Position numbers and translations under genes: made by a program
Part shown: piece by piece, positions 16,952-20,000 of the stretch
How positions within the stretch are numbered: position 1 is the first letter of the stretch
Layout of the letters: each line of letters begins with the position of its first letter
Source: an uncultured virus (IMG/VR IMGVR_UViG_3300035698_026597)
Lineage: Duplodnaviria > Heunggongvirae > Uroviricota > Caudoviricetes
Length of the DNA stretch: 20,000 nt
Reading direction: 5' to 3' (one strand)
IMG/VR virus record: IMGVR_UViG_3300035698_026597
The notes under the pieces: generated by a model
Told to the model about the DNA's origin: nothing
The model's input: only the letters and a program-made list of their open reading frames with translations
Database searches by the model: none

Positions 16952-16981
16952 GGAGGACATTTCCTCTTACATAGCGAATAA
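16952..16981 (+). promoter_or_regulatory. SigH-type promoter candidate
   Basis: GG-AGGA-CAT-N12-AGC-GAAT-AA versus the B. subtilis sigmaH consensus RNAGGAWWW-N11/12-RNNGAAT; lies in the intergenic gap before ATG 17009. Confidence 0.6.
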
Positions 16982-17008
16982 AAGTACAACAGAGTACGGG
17001 ATTTCGTT

Positions 17009-17719
17009 ATGCGCACACTTAAGGTGAAGCGGTTTATACAGGACAGAGCTTTCTGTGCCGTAGCAGCTTGTGCCTCAGTCGTAAACTTTTATGACGACTC
17101 TTGGGATTATGAGAACGTCAAAAAGAAAGCTATTGAATTTTTCCCATCGCTTAAAGCTGGTGAGGGGCTATATACCCCTGAGACTGGTAGGCTTCTTAAC
17201 GTGCTGGGTATGAGAAAAGTGACTATAGTCTCTACAGATCTTAATTTTCTTGACTATACGTGGGCTTTATATGGCAAACGTAAGATGTTGTCTTGTTTCA
17301 AGGAAAGCGTGAAAAAGAATAAGGGATACAGAAGCATAGCTAAAAGCTATATCAGGTTCTTGGAAGATAATCACTTCGATAACCACCTAGTCATTGATTA
17401 TAATTTCGCGGATAGGATAAGGAAAGCTATAGACAGTGACAAGCCAGTAATGGCATCTTTTAACTGGACAATGTTCTTCAAATTCGGCAAGATCAATGAA
17501 AAGGGTGATCAAGATCCGTATAAGGGAGACTATGAAGATCATATGATTGTGATCAAAGGGTATACGAAGAATTCAGTTTCCATTGTTGACTCTCACAATG
17601 ATTACTACAAATATAAAAGAAAAAGCTATAGATCAGGCGAATATAAGATACCTTGGGAGATTTTTATGACGATACTCGGAACAGGGGATTTACTAATAGC
17701 GGAAGACTATGGGAACTAA
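17009..17719 (+). CDS. papain-fold cysteine protease, C39-like
   Basis: FIQDRAFCAVAAC (oxyanion Gln plus catalytic Cys), KAIDSDKPV, EDHMIVIKGY (His), IVDS (Asp); standalone, with no ABC-transporter domain. Confidence 0.75.
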   Translation: MRTLKVKRFIQDRAFCAVAACASVVNFYDDSWDYENVKKKAIEFFPSLKAGEGLYTPETGRLLNVLGMRKVTIVSTDLNFLDYTWALYGKRKMLSCFKESVKKNKGYRSIAKSYIRFLEDNHFDNHLVIDYNFADRIRKAIDSDKPVMASFNWTMFFKFGKINEKGDQDPYKGDYEDHMIVIKGYTKNSVSIVDSHNDYYKYKRKSYRSGEYKIPWEIFMTILGTGDLLIAEDYGN

Positions 17720-18059
17720 CTGGTATAGATTGTGTAAAAGAGCATTCAACCAAACCACAGAGTCTTTGGCTAGGCTTATAATCCAAATTGACCAAACAGG
17801 CGAAACAGAAGCTATCTCAGGGGAATTGCAACATATCGTTTCTGCTATAGACCAAACAGCGTTGGAGGTATCGATTCGAGAGGCTATGAGTCTTGTTTCA
17901 CAACAAGCGAATAGGGATCTTAGTGATGCGACCTCAAAATTGGTCGGAATGATACGCAGCTTGTTGCAGACCAACATGATGTCGCAGGAGGTAGGAGAAT
18001 ATGATGAACCCGCTCCAGATGCTAACATCATTCAGCAAGAACCTGACGGACAGCAGTAA
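17709..18059 (+). CDS. hypothetical helical protein with an MGTNWYRLCKRA N-terminus (116 aa)
   Basis: GGAAG upstream; 11-nt overlap with the protease gene. Confidence 0.7.
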   Translation: MGTNWYRLCKRAFNQTTESLARLIIQIDQTGETEAISGELQHIVSAIDQTALEVSIREAMSLVSQQANRDLSDATSKLVGMIRSLLQTNMMSQEVGEYDEPAPDANIIQQEPDGQQ

Positions 18060-18360
18060 AAAGTTTGTTGTAGGTTCACATTCTCTTTTCGATATTGGCA
18101 TGGCAGATTCCGTATTTGACTTCAATGTAGAACTGTGCGAAAATATCAGGCGATTCTGCCGAGAAGAATATCTGTTAGAGATAGACAAGATATTGTATCT
18201 GGTCACTATGGATGCGGATGAATTATCTAAGGATGATAGTCACAAATCAGACAGTACATCGTTTATACATATAGTGAGAGAAGGAGAAGACGATGATGCT
18301 AGATACATAGCCTTGGTTTTCTTCGGAGAAAAAATAGAAAGAGCAGAAGCGGGTGACTGA
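18001..18360 (+). CDS. hypothetical protein (119 aa)
   Basis: Strong AGGAGG/AGGAG upstream of ATG 18001/18004. Confidence 0.7.
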   Translation: MMNPLQMLTSFSKNLTDSSKKFVVGSHSLFDIGMADSVFDFNVELCENIRRFCREEYLLEIDKILYLVTMDADELSKDDSHKSDSTSFIHIVREGEDDDARYIALVFFGEKIERAEAGD

Positions 18361-18395
18361 CCCAATGGTACAGTGTGACTATGGGAGCTAGAACA

Positions 18396-18608
18396 ATGAG
18401 AGACGGCTTAAAGATATTGTACGGAATAGCTATTTTCTTGGTTTTGTTTTTCGGACCATTTATTTGTTTATGGATGTTGAATACACTTGTATTGGCTCAT
18501 ATTCCAGGAGCGATGTTGATCCCTTACCTGTTTGGGACAGAGGAATGGCTTGCAATGCTAATCCTTGTGAGTGGGTCAGTCCTTGCGGTTGTCACAGAAA
18601 AACATTAA
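18396..18608 (+). CDS. small membrane protein (two hydrophobic segments)
   Basis: Start moved to ATG 18396 (GGGAG at 18383-18387); hydrophobic ILYGIAIFLVLFFGPFICLWML and WLAMLILVSGSVLAVV. Confidence 0.65.
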   Translation: MRDGLKILYGIAIFLVLFFGPFICLWMLNTLVLAHIPGAMLIPYLFGTEEWLAMLILVSGSVLAVVTEKH

Positions 18609-18680
18609 CTATTTACAAAGGGAAAGTTTGGCGTAAGCTTTAATATGTGTGGAAAGCCTCGTTGTACTGAGTTACTTGTT

Positions 18681-19334
18681 ATGCCTATGAAAAAAATATT
18701 GTTCGAAGGAACATTCGATCCACCGCACTTTGGACACCTTAATTCAGCTATTTTTGCTAAAGAGAAAATAGGGGCAGATGAGGTTATCTTCATCCCGAAA
18801 GCGCACCCAGAGATAGAACCATGGCATCCGGTTCTATCTTTTTATCGTGTAAGCTTTCTCAATATCTATTTGTATGAACATGGTGATGAAAGTATGTACG
18901 TTGAGACAGAAGAGGCGATGACAGATGGAGTAAGCCTTACGATAGATGTTATCAAACGATGTCTTGATAGGCATAAGGAAGAAGATGTAGAGTGGTATTT
19001 CCTTATGGGGGAGGACAAGATCATACCAGCATGCACTTGGAAGAACTGTAGCGAGATAAGCGATTTTATGGCTAGCTCTATTGTGTTATGCTGTCCAGTA
19101 TGCGGGAGAGGAAAAAGGTACTGGGAGGAAAACGGTTTAACTTGCCATTTAGATCTTCATCCAAATTGTATATTTACACATTCTATTCTTATAGATAACG
19201 AAGCATGTTCTCATGTCACTTGTGAGGAGTTGAGGGGAGCCTTGGGGAGAGGAGATCTAACGAACCCAATACTAGAAAAGATGTTCCACCCAGATGTATT
19301 AAGCTCTATTATAAGGCATCATCTCTATGTCTAG
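18681..19334 (+). CDS. nadD: NadD-like nicotinate/nicotinamide mononucleotide adenylyltransferase (HxGH nucleotidyltransferase), divergent
   Basis: GTFDPPHFGHL, VIFIP, SLTIDVI (cf. SYTIDTL), YFLMGED..TWKN, C-terminal V..II.H.LY. Start uncertain (18645, 18681 or 18687). Confidence 0.75.
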   Translation: MPMKKILFEGTFDPPHFGHLNSAIFAKEKIGADEVIFIPKAHPEIEPWHPVLSFYRVSFLNIYLYEHGDESMYVETEEAMTDGVSLTIDVIKRCLDRHKEEDVEWYFLMGEDKIIPACTWKNCSEISDFMASSIVLCCPVCGRGKRYWEENGLTCHLDLHPNCIFTHSILIDNEACSHVTCEELRGALGRGDLTNPILEKMFHPDVLSSIIRHHLYV

Positions 19335-19855
19335 AGATTGATGACCTCTTCGAAGGGGTTCCTCTTGATGTAATCTTGTTCAGCCTGTTCTGCTGGTCCT
19401 TCTCCACCAACAAACTCTCTCTGCTCACTCAAGGAACCTAGATGCCCATGTCCTCCAGCCCCAGAATTCCCTTCATGTGCAAGAATCCTGCCTATCTCGT
19501 AAAGAATGATTTGAGTGGTATGTTCGTCGGTTACGTCATGTCCAGCAGATGTTAGTTGCGCTACAAGATCCTGAACTTGCTCTTTCAAGGCTACCATATT
19601 GACGTAGATGGTGTGTCCTCTTTGATTGCTTACCCATCCAAGTGCACCAGGCTTTGTATCAACGATAATATCGGTTACGCCCGATAGGGCTCCTGGCGAT
19701 GATTGCTGATAGGCGCTGACGGCTTGACTAAGGATGTTGTCGTAAGGCTGTATATGGACTGTGGGCCCGCCAAGGAACTCTGTATGCTCTCCTTGTTCTT
19801 CTTCTGTCTGGAATGGCATCTCCTGAGCGTATTTTTTCAGGTTGAATTTAGGCAT
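19331..19855 (-). CDS. hypothetical protein, zincin-like fold with an interrupted HExxH motif and an MPKFNLKKYAQ N-terminus
   Basis: LGWV..HTIYVN..ILAHEGNSGAGGHGH..GGEGPAEQAE; AGGA RBS at 19868-19865; the only clear minus-strand gene. Confidence 0.75.
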   Translation of the reverse strand: MPKFNLKKYAQEMPFQTEEEQGEHTEFLGGPTVHIQPYDNILSQAVSAYQQSSPGALSGVTDIIVDTKPGALGWVSNQRGHTIYVNMVALKEQVQDLVAQLTSAGHDVTDEHTTQIILYEIGRILAHEGNSGAGGHGHLGSLSEQREFVGGEGPAEQAEQDYIKRNPFEEVINL

Positions 19856-19896
19856 AGTATATTTTCCTGTACGGTAGTGAGTACATATATATTACA

Positions 19897-19926
19897 ATAT
19901 TGTCATGGAGACAAGGTATATCCTCT
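19897..19926 (-). promoter_or_regulatory. SigH-type promoter candidate for the minus-strand gene
   Basis: Minus strand reads AG-AGGA-TAT-N12-TGA-CAAT-AT: same 18-nt AGGA-to-xAAT spacing as the 16952 site, with one core mismatch (C for G). Confidence 0.45.
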
Positions 19927-19941
19927 ACTAAGGAGCAAAAA

Positions 19942-20000
19942 ATGCGCAGCATACATATTGTAGAAGAGACATTGCCGCGGGCGTGGGAACGAGCAGTAAT
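19942..20000 (+). CDS. 3'-partial CDS (MRSIHIVEETLPRAWERAV...), possibly thymidylate synthase-like
   Basis: AAGGAG at 19930-19935 and an open frame to the window end. TLPxAWExA resembles N-termini of archaeal-type ThyA-like proteins, but only 19 residues are visible. Confidence 0.5.
   Translation, partial: MRSIHIVEETLPRAWERAV

Noticed and set aside
18396..18608. Small membrane protein as a holin
   Set aside because: No endolysin or spanin nearby and no charged C-terminal tail or family motif, so the call is unsupported.
224..18793. Many minus-strand and nested alternative-frame ORFs in the track (e.g. 13378-13962, 5565-6014, 6970-7443)
   Set aside because: They overlap well-supported plus-strand genes, have Ser/Phe/Leu-rich antisense composition, and show no recognisable motifs.
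19331..19334. Convergent genes sharing the palindrome CTAG as both stop codons
   Set aside because: Real, but an ordinary compact-genome overlap; no terminator or other structure is evident.
1..20000. Stop-codon reassignment (common in some huge phages)
   Set aside because: Full-length conserved genes in code 11 end in TAA, TAG and TGA; the TAG stops checked (2470, 8491, 10468, 13068) are followed by out-of-frame starts, and 3989 by an RBS, so no readthrough is needed.

Overview
A densely packed, almost entirely plus-strand gene array in standard code 11 that reads like a segment of a large (jumbo/huge) bacteriophage genome; a megaplasmid or a very divergent cellular origin is not excluded. 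The left half is a replication and nucleotide-metabolism block: type IA topoisomerase (5'-truncated by the window), a nucleoside deoxyribosyltransferase-like protein, a T4 gp1-type dNMP kinase, DnaX (gamma-length), a SigH-like sigma factor, a beta-clamp and a HolA/delta-like subunit. The right half holds DUF2997, DnaJ, a RuvC-like resolvase, a multi-domain CCA-adding enzyme, several protease-like proteins, a NadD-like nucleotidyltransferase and many ORFans. Most notable observations: (1) a short shared '(N)WY...[KR]xA / FNLKKYA' peptide on otherwise unrelated proteins, including inside the CCA enzyme, which suggests a virion-targeting or processing signal; (2) a 14-bp hairpin that sequesters the ruvC ribosome-binding site with a -10-like box in its 5' arm; (3) SigH-consensus promoters that could be read by the encoded SigH-like factor; (4) an unannotated 47-aa basic CGCG protein. 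No tRNA, rRNA, CRISPR array or IS element was seen. All family calls come from motif recognition by eye, not database searches.
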